Of a stretch of 64,000 nt of DNA, positions 41,715-56,520 are shown in pieces (positions within the stretch are counted from its first letter, which is position 1; every line of letters starts with the position of its first letter). The position numbers and the translations under genes were made by a program. The notes under the pieces are model-generated. The model made no database searches and was not told where the DNA came from. It saw only the letters and a list, made by a program, of their open reading frames with translations. This DNA comes from Eledone cirrhosa. Taxonomy: Eukaryota. Location: contig OZ024756.1 of NCBI GenBank assembly GCA_964016885.1, forward strand, positions 35,464,001-35,528,000, in the 5' to 3' direction.

Positions 41715-42080
41715 TAGCATAGTGTGGTGTTGCATTGTAGTGAGACATGGGCAGTGACTGTAGAAGGTATGTGAAGGCTGGAGAGAAATATGAAGCAAGC
41801 ATGCTCTGATGGATGTGCAAGATTAAATTGCGTGAACAGCAAAGCATGGATAAGCTGAGAGATAAGCTAAATATGAGAGGAATCAGATATAGTGTGTGGG
41901 AGAGAAGTCTGCACAGGTATGGACATGTAATGTATGTGGATGATGATGATTGGGTTAAGAAAGGCCATGTCATTTCTGTAGAAGGAAGCTGCAGTAGAGA
42001 GAAGCAAAGAAAGACCTGGGCAGAGGTTCTGATAGCTCATACCAGATTGCTGAAGCTCACAGAGGAGATGATGAAGGACT
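41715..42080 (+). mobile_element. older degenerate RTE LINE fragment
   Basis: KLRDKLNMRGIRYSVWERSLHRYGHVM...KQRKTWAEVL, homologous to 37179. Confidence 0.85.
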
Positions 42081-42117
42081 TCCAGCATGTGGAGGGATTC
42101 AAGCATGGACATATATT

Positions 42118-42150
<33 letters not shown>

Positions 42151-42253
42151 ATGTGTATCTATATATGTAAAAGGTAAACAGAAATACCAACACAATCGGT
42201 ACAGTATATCGAAGGAATATATTAGGTTAACGCTTGAAATAGCAGGGAGAGGG

Positions 42254-42289
42254 TCTTAACGTTTTGGACGCTAATCCTTCATCAGAAGA
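42254..42289 (-). ncRNA. minimal HHR motif, core mutated (GAAA to AAAA)
   Basis: minus strand TCTT-CTGATGA-AGGATTAGCGTCC-AAAA-CGTT-AAGA; copy with an intact core at 51701. Confidence 0.55.
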
Positions 42290-42621
42290 AAGAATGAGAA
42301 ATAAGATAGATTGAGGGGACGGGTGGGGTGGAATTGGAAAAAAAATGTCTGAGGGTTTCTACAGGACTAGAACATTGGCTTTCCTGATGATTCCTGAAAG
42401 AGTTCTAGTCCTGTAGAAGCCATTTCTATATTATATATATATATATATAGACCACGAAAAACATGGGCGGAGGTGGTGAGAACAGACCTCAGATCATTGA
42501 AGCTCACGGTGGAGATGACGAGGGACCGTGACGAGTGGAGAGATGCTGTGCTGAATAAGACCCGTCCCACCCTTGCAAGCAGGGAAAAGCGGACGTAAAA
42601 TGATGATGATGATGATGATGA

Positions 42622-42677
<56 letters not shown>

Positions 42678-42828
42678 ATGTATGTGTGTATATATATATG
42701 TCCATTTTTCCACGCTGGCATGGGTTAGACGAGTTATCCTGTTGTGAGCAATGCCAGGTCAGGTGACCATGTCTTGCTCATACAGGACCAATTCTGGACA
42801 AACAGATTGTAAAATAAGGTTGATATAC

Positions 42829-42958
<130 letters not shown>

Positions 42959-43611
42959 ACACATATATATCATCATCATCCTCCTCATGATTTAACATCC
43001 AGTTTCCATGATAGCATGGGTTAGATGGGTTGTCCCGTTGTGAGACAAGTCACATCATATGACTGTATCTTGGCTCACACAGAACCGTTTCTTGCTTGGT
43101 TTCTACAGCTGGATGCCAACCACATTTACAGTGTGGACTGTGTGCCTTTTATCTTGGCACCAAAATGTTCACTTTACAGAGTGGACTGGGCGCTTTTTGT
43201 CATGTCGCCAACACAACCACATTACAGTGTGAACTGGGTGTATTTTCTTGTGATATATATGTATGTATATATATGTGTGTGTGTGCGCGTGTGTGTGTGT
43301 GTGTGTGCGTGTGTGTGTGTGTGAATAACATCATCATCATCATCATTGCAGTTTAATATCTATTGTCCATACTTCCATAGGTTAGATAGGCAGCCATGTT
43401 ATGAGGTTAGACAGGTCAGGTGACCACATCTTGCTCATATCATCTGTTTTCTGTTGTTTATTTTTGTTTGTTTGTTTTTGTTTTTTGCTTGGTTTTCTTT
43501 GGCTGGATTCCCTTCCTAATGCCAACCAACATGTGTGTGTATATATATATACATATACATTTATATATGTGTGTATGTGTATTTGTGTGTGTGCACATAT
43601 ATATATTTATA

Positions 43612-43675
<64 letters not shown>

Positions 43676-43964
43676 TATATATATATATATTTAAATAGAT
43701 CGATACATTGGTGAACTCTTGTGTTTACAAACAGCAACAAAAAATTGTACTCGACTTATAAAGAAGAGTTTGTATATTTTATGAAAAGCTGAAACTTCTT
43801 GAATCACTGCTGATTATTTCAACAATTGAAGGAGAGAAGTACGTCTAAACCCATGCTAGCATGGAAGATAGACGTTAAACAATGATGATGATGATGATGA
43901 TGATGAAGTAGTTTGACTTTTATTTCATTTTATTCTTTGGTATCACAACAAATAGCACCCAACC

Positions 43965-44706
<742 letters not shown>

Positions 44707-44718
44707 TATAATAAACAA

Positions 44719-44875
44719 CACAATATAATTATTTCTTTACCCAAGGTTTCACGTAGTCAGACAATTCTAACAGAGGCGTCTGAAGTCATTCATCAGATAG
44801 AAAAATTAATTAAAGATTTCTGTTAGAATTGTCTGGCTTTGTGAAACCTTGGGTAAGGAAATGATTATATTGTGT
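44719..44875. mobile_element. fold-back with ~56-bp arms; degenerate HHR on the minus strand (44732-44803)
   Basis: minus strand TTTCTAT-CTGATGA-ATGACTTCAGAC..GTCTGACTACGT-GAAA-CCTTGGG-TA-AAGAAA. Confidence 0.7.
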
Positions 44876-45039
44876 TTATTACATAATTCAATAGCTCTGT
44901 ACTACACATAGAGCACTCTTCTTTCCTTTACCTTTTCCACGGTAATACTTAACACACACATACACATATATATATATGTATGTCCCACCCTTGCAAGCAG
45001 GGAAAAGCGGACGTAAAATGATGATGATGACGATGATGA

Positions 45040-45124
<85 letters not shown>

Positions 45125-45324
45125 AAAAAGTATGACCCCGACAGCAGAGCTCAAGCCGTTTCGACCGGCTATTTCTGGACTAAATTTAGTCCAGAAATAG
45201 CCGTCGAAACGGCTTGAGCTCTGCCGTCGGGGTTATGCTTTTTCCTATTTCCCACTCTACTACTCTAAGTATTGAGTACACTGGTGCGTTATGGTCCATC
45301 TGGTTCCTTACCACACTTCCTTTG

Positions 45325-45359
<35 letters not shown>

Positions 45360-45403
45360 AAAAGACACACTCTCTCATACATACACACATACTTTGTAAA
45401 CAG

Positions 45404-45459
45404 CCCATCCAAAACTATGGAGCATCTATGACAACAAAGAAATCAATAGAAAAATCCAG
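45404..45459 (+). CDS. candidate small exon of the Nav-like gene (PIQNYGASMTTKKSIEKS-)
   Basis: CTTTGTAAACAG| acceptor, CCAG|GTGAGA donor in phase 2, matching the phase-2 acceptor at 53716; internal ATG at 45428. Confidence 0.45.
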
Positions 45460-45470
45460 GTGAGATATGG

Positions 45471-45515
<45 letters not shown>

Positions 45516-45519
45516 AGGC

Positions 45520-45615
45520 AGAGGACAGGTGTCCGCAGCTTTCGGCTGTCCAGGTGTGTGTTTGAGGTCAGAAAGTTGATTGGTTGATTGGTTGGTCAGT
45601 GGATGGCAGGTGAGA
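45520..45615 (+). promoter_or_regulatory. candidate alternative promoter/enhancer
   Basis: three CAGGTG E-boxes (45526, 45551, 45607), two ATTGG (45579, 45587), TCAGT (45596). Confidence 0.3.
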
Positions 45616-46435
45616 TAATCTCAATGAAATCAATCATGAAGAAAAACAAGCCGCAAAGTTTACATATCACCAATCTGCTGCAAGGTGTCGACACCTCCAC
45701 TGACACATTACCACCCTGCCACCACAACCACAACCACCACCACCACCACCACCACTACCGCTACCACCACCTGCACCACCACCACCACCACCATCACCTC
45801 CACCTCCACCTGCATACATCACTACCGCCACTACCACAGCCACCACCGCCACCATCTGCATCCACCACCACCACCACCACCACCACCACCATCGCCACCA
45901 CCACCATCAACGCCATCACTACCACCTGCATCCATCTGTACCACCACCACCGCCACCACCACCGCCACCACTACCGCCACCACCACCACCACCGCGCCGC
46001 CACCACCATCAACACCATCACCACCACCTGCATCCATCTCTACCACCACCACCACCGCCCGCCGCCACCAACATCAACCCCCCCCCCCTGCGTCCATCTC
46101 TCCACCACCACCACCACCACCACCACCACCATCAACCCCTCCCCTGCTTCATACGATGTTACACAGCATCATCCGCTGTTGTTGGGACAGTGCACTTTCT
46201 CTCGCGGTGGTTCTCGTAGACGGACGATGTCCCTCCCAGGATATTTGTTGGGTAGAGGAAGACACCAACGGGACCACCACCACCACCACCACCACCGCCG
46301 CCGCCGCCACCACCACCACCACCACTACCACCACCACCACCACCACCACTATCCCCACCACCGCCGCCGCCGCCACCACCACCACCACCACCAGCACCAG
46401 CACCACCATCATCATCATCATCATCGGTGTCAACA

Positions 46436-46569
46436 ATGTCAACACCATTGCCACCAACAACAATGTCAACAACAACAACAACAACAACTAACACAACCTC
46501 CATGGATGGTGCAGTTGCTACCACAGCAGCAACTGCAACTGCAACTGCAACAACAACAAAAAAATGCAG
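46436..46569 (+). CDS. candidate alternative first coding exon ([44 protein letters not shown]-)
   Basis: ACA-ATG context, open to TGCAG|GTAAAC in phase 2, compatible with 53716. Confidence 0.3.
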
Positions 46570-46653
46570 GTAAACTTGCACAAAAGTGCATTCAAACTTG
46601 ACCTAAAAAAAAAAAAAAAACACAAACATCCCACATGTGCACAGATGTATATA

Positions 46654-46685
<32 letters not shown>

Positions 46686-46693
46686 CATACATA

Positions 46694-46753
<60 letters not shown>

Positions 46754-46813
46754 GATAGATAGATAGATAGATATAAGTATACATATGTGTGTATGTGTGC
46801 ATGTATATATACA

Positions 46814-46878
<65 letters not shown>

Positions 46879-47065
46879 CCAGCCAACACAGGCTGGAGAT
46901 AGAATGTGTAGCAACAAGGGCAGTGCCCCAGCATGGCCTCAGCCGGATGGCTGGAACAGGTAAAAGAGTAAAAGAATGTACATGCATCCCCCCTTGTATT
47001 GAGTACTCCTATGATTAGTGATTGCCTTCGTCTCAGCACCGAAGACTCTCTCTCAATCTTTCTCG

Positions 47066-47097
<32 letters not shown>

Positions 47098-47157
47098 GTA
47101 TATATATCTATATCTATCTATATATATATATATAGAGAGAGAGAGAGATATATATAT

Positions 47158-47221
47158 CTGTCTGATGACCAATCCAGACGTATATTAATATTGTCTGGGA
47201 TCCAGAAACCTTTGGTAATGG
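47158..47221 (+). ncRNA. degenerate type I HHR
   Basis: CTGT-CTGATGA-CCAATCCAGAC..GTCTGGGATCCA-GAAA-CCTTTGG-TA^ATGG; stem II base mismatched. Confidence 0.6.
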
Positions 47222-47261
47222 TGTAGTTATATTTATATTTTGTGTTGTTCACTTTGTAATA

Positions 47262-47307
<46 letters not shown>

Positions 47308-47409
47308 GAAACGTGGGCATAAATTGATGATGTTACACATGTATGTGTATATGCGTATATATATATGTGTGTATGTGTGTGTGTGTGTGTGTATGTAACT
47401 CTCGAATCC

Positions 47410-48005
47410 CACACTCACACACTCACTCACACACTCACTCACACACTCACTCACACACTCACTCACACACTCACTCACACACACACTCACACATTCACTC
47501 ACACACTCACTCACACACTCACACACTCACACACTCACTCACACACTCACACACTTACACACTCACTCACACTCTCACTCACACACTCACTCACACACTC
47601 ACTCACACACTCACTCACACACTCACTCACACACTCACACACTCACTTACACACTCACTCACACACTCACTCACACACTCACTCACTCACTCACTCACTC
47701 ACACACTCACTCACACACTCACTCACACACTCACTCACACACTCACTCACACACTCACTCACACACTCACTCACACACTCACTCACACACTCACTCACAC
47801 ACTCACACACTCACTCACACACTCACACACTCACTCACACACTCACTCACACACACACTCACTCACACACTCACTCTCATACACACACACACACACTCAC
47901 TCACACACTCACACACTCACTCACACACTCACTCTCACACACTCACTCTCATACACACACACACACACTCACTCACACACACACACTCACACACACACTC
48001 ACACA
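47410..48005. repeat. (CACACTCACTCA)n minisatellite
   Basis: direct reading. Confidence 0.95.
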
Positions 48006-48500
48006 TCAAAATGCATATATAATTGTTGAAAGGTTTTCTGTTAAAAATGGAAACAGAAGTACAATTGAAGTAAGGTACTCAATACTTCAAACAGAGCGGC
48101 GAGTTTATTTTATTGATTCTGACTCTTACATGACTAATCCTGTTTCTTAACTGAAAGAAACATAACTAGTCCTGTAAAAGTCATATAACTATCTATATGT
48201 ATATATCAGCCGACCAGACACTGCCCACAACAGGACAACCCGTCTAACCCATGCTAGCATAGAAGCACGGACGTAAAACGGTGATGATGATGATGATGAT
48301 GATATATATATATACATATATATATATGTATATAGGAAAAGAGTCAGGACCCCGACAGCTGAGCTGCAGCCGTTTCGACAGCTAGTTGTGAACTCAGCCG
48401 TCGGGGTACTGACTTGTTTCCTATTACCCACTCTACTACCCTAAGTATTGAGTACTCTGGTGCGTTATGGTCCACCTGGTTCCTTACCACACTTCCTTTG

Positions 48501-48591
<91 letters not shown>

Positions 48592-48773
48592 TATATATAT
48601 ATATATATATATATAGTATTTACGTATCGAGAAAGAGGAAAAAAAGGGGGGATAGGTGATACATATAGTTATTTGCCAAGTAGCGTATGCTGTTTTAAAT
48701 AAACATGTTTTAACGGCCTATTCTCCGATTTTTTACTTTCCCACGTATATATATATATATGTATATGTATATA

Positions 48774-48836
<63 letters not shown>

Positions 48837-49026
48837 GTATATATATATATGTATATATATAGACAGTCCTATGCGAGCAAGACAACCACTCTTGCCTCAA
48901 GTGGGAAAACTCCCGTCCAAACCCATGCAAGCGTGGAACATGGACGTTAAACGATGATGATGATGATGGTGATGATGATATATGTATATATATATATATA
49001 TATATATACATACATATATATATATG

Positions 49027-49058
<32 letters not shown>

Positions 49059-49204
49059 TACATATATATATATGTATATATATGTATATATATATATATA
49101 TATACTTGTGTATAATGGTAGCTATGGTGCTTCCATAGGCGGTATGCCAAAATTAGCACTCAATAAACAGAGTAGAGTGTAGATAGTATAAAGAAAACGA
49201 AAAA

Positions 49205-49467
49205 TCAGTGATGCATCTGGACTCAATTTATTGCATGTTATTGCATGTTACAAATGTTTCGCCGGAAGGTAGCTCGAGGCAGGGTCCCTGTATGGATCTG
49301 GCTGATTCTACGGCTGAGTGATAAAATTTGCTCTGAACGAAATACCCGTGTCTGAAGGAACCTGCAGCCATAGAATCAGCCAGATCCATACAGGGACCAC
49401 GTCTCAAGCTACCTGCCGGCGAAACAATTGTAACACGCAATAAATTGAGTCCAGATGCATCACTGAG
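49205..49467. mobile_element. fold-back with ~100-bp arms; degenerate HHR with long stem II (49347-49437, +)
   Basis: CGTGT-CTGAAGGA-ACCTGCAG...CTGCCGGC-GAAA-CAATTG-TA^ACACG; stem I CGUGU/ACACG. Confidence 0.8.
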
Positions 49468-49486
49468 TTTTCCTTTTCTTTATACT

Positions 49487-49573
<87 letters not shown>

Positions 49574-49666
49574 TATATACATATATATGGGAAAACCCCC
49601 GTCCAAACCCATGCAAGCGGGGAACACGGACGTTAAACGTTGATGATGATGATGATGATGATGATG

Positions 49667-49699
<33 letters not shown>

Positions 49700-49705
49700 C
49701 ATATG

Positions 49706-49943
<238 letters not shown>

Positions 49944-50665
49944 CACATGTAAGCATACAGCTAATGACAGCGATATGTGGGTGATGTCGATGTTGATGGT
50001 GAGTGATGAAGTCTTAAAGTTTGTCTGTCTTGAAGTGTTGATTGAGTAAAAATGTCAATTCATCATCATTAACTGGCAGCAGCACAACAACAACAACAAC
50101 AACAATAGCAACAACAATAGCAGCAGCACAACAACAACAACAATAGCAACAACAATAGCAGCAGCACAACAACAACAACAATAGCAACAACAATAGCAGC
50201 AGCACAACAACAACAACAACAACAACAATAGCAACAACAATAGCAGCAGCACAACAACAACAACAACAATAGCAACAACAATAATGACAACAACAATGAC
50301 GACAACAACAACAACAATAGCAACAATAATAATGACAACAGCAACAATGACAACAACAATAGCAACAACAACACCACCACCACCAACACCACCACCACCA
50401 ACAACAACAACAATAGCAATAGCAACAACAACTCCACCAACACCACCACCACCAACAACAACACCATCAACAACACCACCACCACCAACAACAACAACAG
50501 CAACAACAACAACAATACCACCATCAACACCACCACCAACAACAACGACAACAACGACAACAACAACAACAACAACCACCACAACCAGCCAGATCACCTT
50601 TGTTGTCATGGCCACTTAAAAACTATACATGTGATAATTTCAAATAATGTTTAGAAGGCATCAAT

Positions 50666-50685
50666 TTAGCGCCCCCTAGTGGCTA
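50666..50685 (-). promoter_or_regulatory. CTCF consensus site
   Basis: minus strand AGCCACTAGGGGGCGCTAA matches the CCACNAGGGGGCGC core, in unique sequence. Confidence 0.6.
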
Positions 50686-51236
50686 AATCTGGCATGAAGG
50701 AAATGTAATTTTTTTTTGGGGGGGGGGGGGTCTGTTTATTTTTTGTTTTTTGTTTTTTGGGCTGTTTTTGGTCGTTTTTTTTTTTCATTTTTCTGGTAAG
50801 TGGGTTGGCGGAAGAGATCTGCAACAGCTTGTACTGTCTTTGTTTCTATTTCAAGAGGTCTTTGTTGGTTCATAAGATAAAATGGAGAAGAGGAGATGAA
50901 TTGGCTGTCATTAGAATGTGATGGATAGAATATTTTCTGGTCTTCCTTCTGGTTCTCTGGGCTCTCAGTTCAACTTTACATTTCATCCCTTTCAAGGTCG
51001 ATAAAAGTAGTAACAGATGAGTACTGGAGCCAATTCTTTCTCTATATCTCTTTCTCGCTTCCTGCCTCATGCTCTCTCTCTATATATATACATACTATAC
51101 ATACATATATATATATACTACATATACATACATATATATAAGTATTAAGTTGTTAAACAATATTCGATGATTATGTCAAAGAATGAGTTTTACAGTAGAT
51201 TGGAAGCACTCAACGGTAAAATAATTTTCAGGAGTT

Positions 51237-51423
51237 ATTAATATTAAAATATAAGTATTAATAAAATAGATGTTCTTTTGAGCAATTACATTTTATTATA
51301 CATATTTCGGATGTACAACAGTACATGATGAGGACGTACTGTTATACATCTGAAATATGTATAATAAAATGTAATTGATCAAAAGAACATCTATTTTATT
51401 AATACTTATATTTTAATTTTAAT

Positions 51424-51424
<1 letters not shown>
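51237..51424. mobile_element. fold-back (~85-bp arms) whose inversion point truncates an HHR at its CUGAUGA core
   Basis: ..CAACAGTAC|ATGATGAGGAC|GTACTGTTATACATCT-GAAA-TATGTA-TA-ATAAAAT; family of the 27031 and 52320 copies. Confidence 0.85.
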
Positions 51425-51498
<74 letters not shown>

Positions 51499-51700
51499 AA
51501 TAATAATAAATGTGAAGAACTAAAATCCAAAGAGGGCTCAATAAAGATAAAAGGTGAAAGCAGCGATTCTTTGTTCAAACTTTAATCTGTTATTTTAATA
51601 TATATATGTGTATGTAAAAGGTAAAGACAAATAACAACACAATCGGTACAGTATATGGAAGGTATATATTAGGTTAATGCTTGATATAGCAGGAAGAGGG

Positions 51701-51736
51701 TCTTAACGTTTCGGACGCTAGTCCTTCATCAGAAAA
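51701..51736 (-). ncRNA. minimal PLE-type HHR motif
   Basis: minus strand TTTT-CTGATGA-A-GGAC-TAGC-GTCC-GAAA-CGTT-AAGA. Confidence 0.65.
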
Positions 51737-51898
51737 AAGAATGAGAAATAAAATAGATTGAGGGGACGGGCGGGATGGAATTGGAAAACATGTCTTTAGT
51801 TAAAAATAACAGGTCCATTCATGTTGACATCTCTGGCAAATGACTTTAACATCTGCAACTACTTTGTATTTTATTGTTAAATTAATATCTAATATATA

Positions 51899-51968
<70 letters not shown>

Positions 51969-52223
51969 TATATATATATATATTCATATATATATATATA
52001 TATATATTCATATATATATATATATTCATATATATATATTCATATATATATATTCATATATATATATGAATATATATATATATATTCATATATATATATA
52101 TTCATATATATATATATTCATATATATATATATTCATATATATATATATTCATATATATATATATATAATATATATGTATATATTCATATATATATATAT
52201 ATATTCATATATATATATATATA

Positions 52224-52279
<56 letters not shown>

Positions 52280-52319
52280 TTCAAAATATTAACAAAATAG
52301 ACATTCGTGTGATCAAGTA

Positions 52320-52386
52320 TATTTTATTATACATATTTCAGAGGTACTGAGCTATCTTCAACAGTACGTCCTCATCAGATAAAATA
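52320..52386 (-). ncRNA. minimal type I hammerhead ribozyme
   Basis: same sequence as 27031-27097. Confidence 0.85.
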
Positions 52387-52565
52387 AGATGATGCATGAT
52401 ATACCCTGACTTAGTAGATGGTTAAGATTCAGTCATCGTAGATTAAGATTCAGTCATATTTTGAATTAATATTAATAACTCTGGAAAACCATACCAGTTG
52501 AGTGCTTCCAATCTATTGTAAAACTCATTCTTTGATTTATTCATTGAACATTGTTTAACCTTTAA

Positions 52566-52627
<62 letters not shown>

Positions 52628-52761
52628 TCATATATATATATCATCATCATCATCACCGTTTTACGTCCGTTCTTCCACGCTAGCATGGGTTAGACGGACC
52701 GTCCTGTTGTGGGCAGTGTCTGGTCGGCTGACCATGCCTTGCTCATACAGGAACTGAGCAA

Positions 52762-52811
<50 letters not shown>

Positions 52812-52958
52812 TAACGAAGGAATTGTGGTAAGGAACCAGGTGGACCATAATGCACCAGAGTACTCAATACTTAGGGTAGTAGAGTGGGTAATAGGAAAAG
52901 GTATAACCCCGATGGCAGATCTCAAGCCGTTTCGACAGCTATTTCTGGACTAAATATA

Positions 52959-52997
<39 letters not shown>

Positions 52998-53027
52998 AGA
53001 TCAAAAGATGGTTAAAGGAGTTCCATG

Positions 53028-53098
53028 TATTTTATTATGCGCATTTCAAAAACAAACATCATCATGCAATAATATTTGTGTTTTCATCAGATAAAACA
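53028..53098 (-). ncRNA. minimal type I hammerhead ribozyme, intact
   Basis: same sequence as 22819-22889. Confidence 0.9.
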
Positions 53099-53426
53099 GG
53101 AGAACATGATAGTGAGAACATGATAGTGCAGTTTTAAATCAACATATGAAAAGTAGTTTTAGATTGATGTGTGATATTGGGAAAAATATTTTATTTAGAG
53201 AGGAGGGGGGGGGGGGGTTGGAAAGGATGAAAAAAGGGGAGGAGATGAGAGTGAAGGTGGAGAGGGAGAGATGGGTGATAGAGAGAAATATATTATGTAT
53301 ACATATAGAAATATATTATGTATACATATAGAGTATATATTATGTATACTCCAGTCCTACAAACTGTAAAGTGCTTCTTATCCGATATCTGCATTGCCTT
53401 ATTGTACTACAATAAAACTCACCTCC

Positions 53427-53466
<40 letters not shown>

Positions 53467-53715
53467 AATATATATATATATATATGAATATATATATATA
53501 TATATAAACTCAGAACAAAAAGGGACTTAACTATATACCGCAAAGCATGTTGTCAGACATTTTACCGATACTGCCAATCCACCGCCACTGTTATAGATAA
53601 TAATAGCTTTAGAAAAATTTGTTAAAATACCCTTAGGGGAGAAAAAAGGGGCCAGAAGTCACTAATGTTTCTTTATTTTGACAAATCCTAACAGATTTAT
53701 TAATCTATCTTTCAG

Positions 53716-54037
53716 TACGAATGAAGAAAACGCTCCCAAAACATTCGTCTTTATCAAATACAATGAACAGAGTTTGTCAACTGGCTGTGTGAGCCCCAAG
53801 CTTACATGGATTTCACAAAATGCAGTGGAGCGGAACCGTTCTTCCAAGGCTAACACAGATGCTAGCCAAATTGGCTCAGCAACTTACACAACAACTTACA
53901 ACAAATATGGTTATGGAGGGGTAATACGTAAAAAAAGCGTCTCCTATCTGAAAGTCTTACCTGAATACGTGGGACCACTCTCAAAGGATTTGTATGGGAT
54001 TCCTCTGCACGAGATTGAGCAAAATATTATGGATGAG
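53716..54037 (+). CDS. exon encoding the cytoplasmic N-terminus of a voltage-gated sodium channel alpha subunit (Nav2/DSC1-like)
   Basis: CTATCTTTCAG| acceptor, GAG|GTAAGC donor, 107 open codons; FIKYNEQSL (Nav F..FT.ESL) and VLPEYVGPLSKDLYGIPLHEIEQNIMDE (Nav LP..YG..P..LYG.PLEE(I/L)D...), ending just before the expected TF.V(V/I). Confidence 0.7.
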
Positions 54038-54165
54038 GTAAGCTGAATACCTTATAACAGATATTACTCTATTTTTAATTATATAGCAGTGTATGTGTAT
54101 GTATGTATGTATGTATATGTGAGTGTGTGTATATGTGTATGTATGTATGTCCTTCTGGTTTTATA

Positions 54166-54205
<40 letters not shown>

Positions 54206-54247
54206 CATATATATGAATGTGTGTGTGTATGCATATATATATATATA

Positions 54248-54300
<53 letters not shown>

Positions 54301-54365
54301 ATACACACACACACTCATATATATGTATGTGTATATATATATATTCAAGTGAACTATAACCTTCT

Positions 54366-54402
<37 letters not shown>

Positions 54403-54548
54403 TGTAAAACCAGAAGAACATACATACATACATACACATATACACACACTCTCATATACATACATGCATACATACATACACACACATGACTGCCAAGACT
54501 GGAATTGAACCATCAGCACAGTTGAGGCATGTCATGCATCAATTTATG

Positions 54549-54614
54549 TATTTTATCTGATGAGGACGTACTGAAAAAACAGCACAGTACCTCCAAAATA
54601 TATATAATAAAACA
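54549..54614 (+). ncRNA. HHR copy with GAAA to AAAA change, probably inactive
   Basis: TATTTTAT-CTGATGA-GGACGTACTG..CAGTACCTCC-AAAA-TATATA-TA-ATAAAACA. Confidence 0.65.
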
Positions 54615-55104
54615 AATATTTTGATTATGTGATTGTATCCATTTATTAATATTTTGAATAATATATAATAATATATATATATATATATATATAATAAATA
54701 TTAAGTCCAGGATATCTTATAAAAGTTTTACCAAAAGAGAGAGTGAGTCAGTTTCTATGTATGTATATATGTATTTATATGTGTGTGTATATATGTATGT
54801 ATGTGTGTACGTATATGTGTGTGTGTATGTGTGTATGTGTGTATATATGTATGTATGTATGTTCTGGTTTTATAATTATATAAAGTTTTACCAATAGAGA
54901 GAGTGAGTTGGTTTCTAACATAGACACAAGACTCTTTCATTGGAATTTAGACGACATCAACTAGGTAGATATATGTGCATGTCTGCATGCATGCGTGTGT
55001 GTGTGTGTGCAAGTATGGATGTTATTGTATGTGCGGATGTGTATGTTTTATGTTATATGTGTGCATGTGCATATGTTTTGTATCTGTACATGTGTACATG
55101 CAGT

Positions 55105-55272
55105 TATTACAAGCAGAATTTTAAAAATGTTTTACATATTTTTACTGTTCCATTAATGGATTGTATTTGTAATTTCCTAACTAGTTGTGTTCTTTCTGTT
55201 TCTGTGAAGTCCAGCTTTTCAAGATTTGTACCGAGGCAGTTACTAACATACCCCAGTGCCCCAATAACCACA
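55105..55272 (-). mobile_element. R4/Dong-like RLE LINE extreme 3' end
   Basis: minus strand VVIGALGYVSNCLGTNLEKLDF...RKLQIQSINGTVKICKTFLKF. Confidence 0.65.
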
Positions 55273-55447
55273 TGTATAAATTGTATGTATGTATGTACAC
55301 ATACAGATATATGCTTGTTTTATAGGTTTGTGTATAAACACACTAAACATGCACAGAATGAAAGGTTCATATAATGTTTATGGATTCAAAATAAAATTTA
55401 TTTTGAAAAGTCTGTAGGTTTTACAAAACTACAAAGCCAATAGTCAC

Positions 55448-55479
<32 letters not shown>

Positions 55480-55486
55480 GGCGATA

Positions 55487-55900
55487 TTACTGTACCTTTG
55501 CAATGATCTGAATGCTATTTTTGCCAACAATATTTTGTTTTATTATATGATTGCTTTCGCTGCTATCTTTTAAATACCAAACATGTTTTGAAAGTGATAT
55601 AGCATTATACATGTTCCTATATTTAAACAATTGAGTATGTTGTGTGTACCTAGATTTAAAATTATTCTTAGTTAAAACCATATATGTCTCTTCACCATAA
55701 TGCCCACTGATTCTATGCGTGCTCTATTTATTATGCTTCTTTCATAGGCATTTTCTGTTCAGAGAGCAACTAGTTGTGTTTCCACAATTACATTCAGGTT
55801 GGGATGTTTGAGGATTTATGGTTGCGGTCATATATATATATTCTTTTATGTATTTGCTTTGCAAGAGAATTTTGGTATGAAATTGTGTGTTGAAACTTTT
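55487..55900 (-). mobile_element. Penelope-like element (Naiad-type) GIY-YIG endonuclease remnant
   Basis: [15 protein letters not shown] (CxCx5Cx5C), then ETYMVLTKNNFKSRYTQHTQLF...NAISLSKHVWYLK; disrupted by stops. Confidence 0.8.
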
Positions 55901-55917
55901 ATATATATATATATATG

Positions 55918-56008
<91 letters not shown>

Positions 56009-56520
56009 TATATATATATATGTATGTATGTATGTATGTATATATATATATATGTATGCCAGGTCACCAGTTGGTGGTACTGGTAACATGTATCCCAGTA
56101 CAACCTGTCTCATGGTCGGGTCGTTGGCGACTAAACTGGCAACCCCACCAAGATTTCTTGGTGAGGAGGGTGACTTTGGACATCTTGCAGGACTAAAAAC
56201 AAAACCTGTCAAAGGGCAAAGGAGCTCTTAAGAGTCAATGGCCATCCAAAATCACCGGGAGAGATGACCCCTTAGCCTTTGTCAAGGCAGAATTCTAGGT
56301 GAAGGAAAACTCTGAAATAACACCTGCAACTCTGATGGTATCCAATGATGTTGACTTGTTCTTCTTTTTGGTAAATATCATCTTGGTTAAGAGAGTGGGA
56401 CTGGCTTTGTGCAGTGCCTTTGCTCACTATAAAAGCTTCACGGCACAGGCATTGCTTTGTATCTGGAGATCTCTTTGCACTTGTCATCACATGGTACCAT
56501 GGGCCCAGCACTATGTGTCA

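Noticed and set aside
50780-50802. Strong donor-like CTG|GTAAGT
   Set aside because: No supportable acceptor or coding frame upstream
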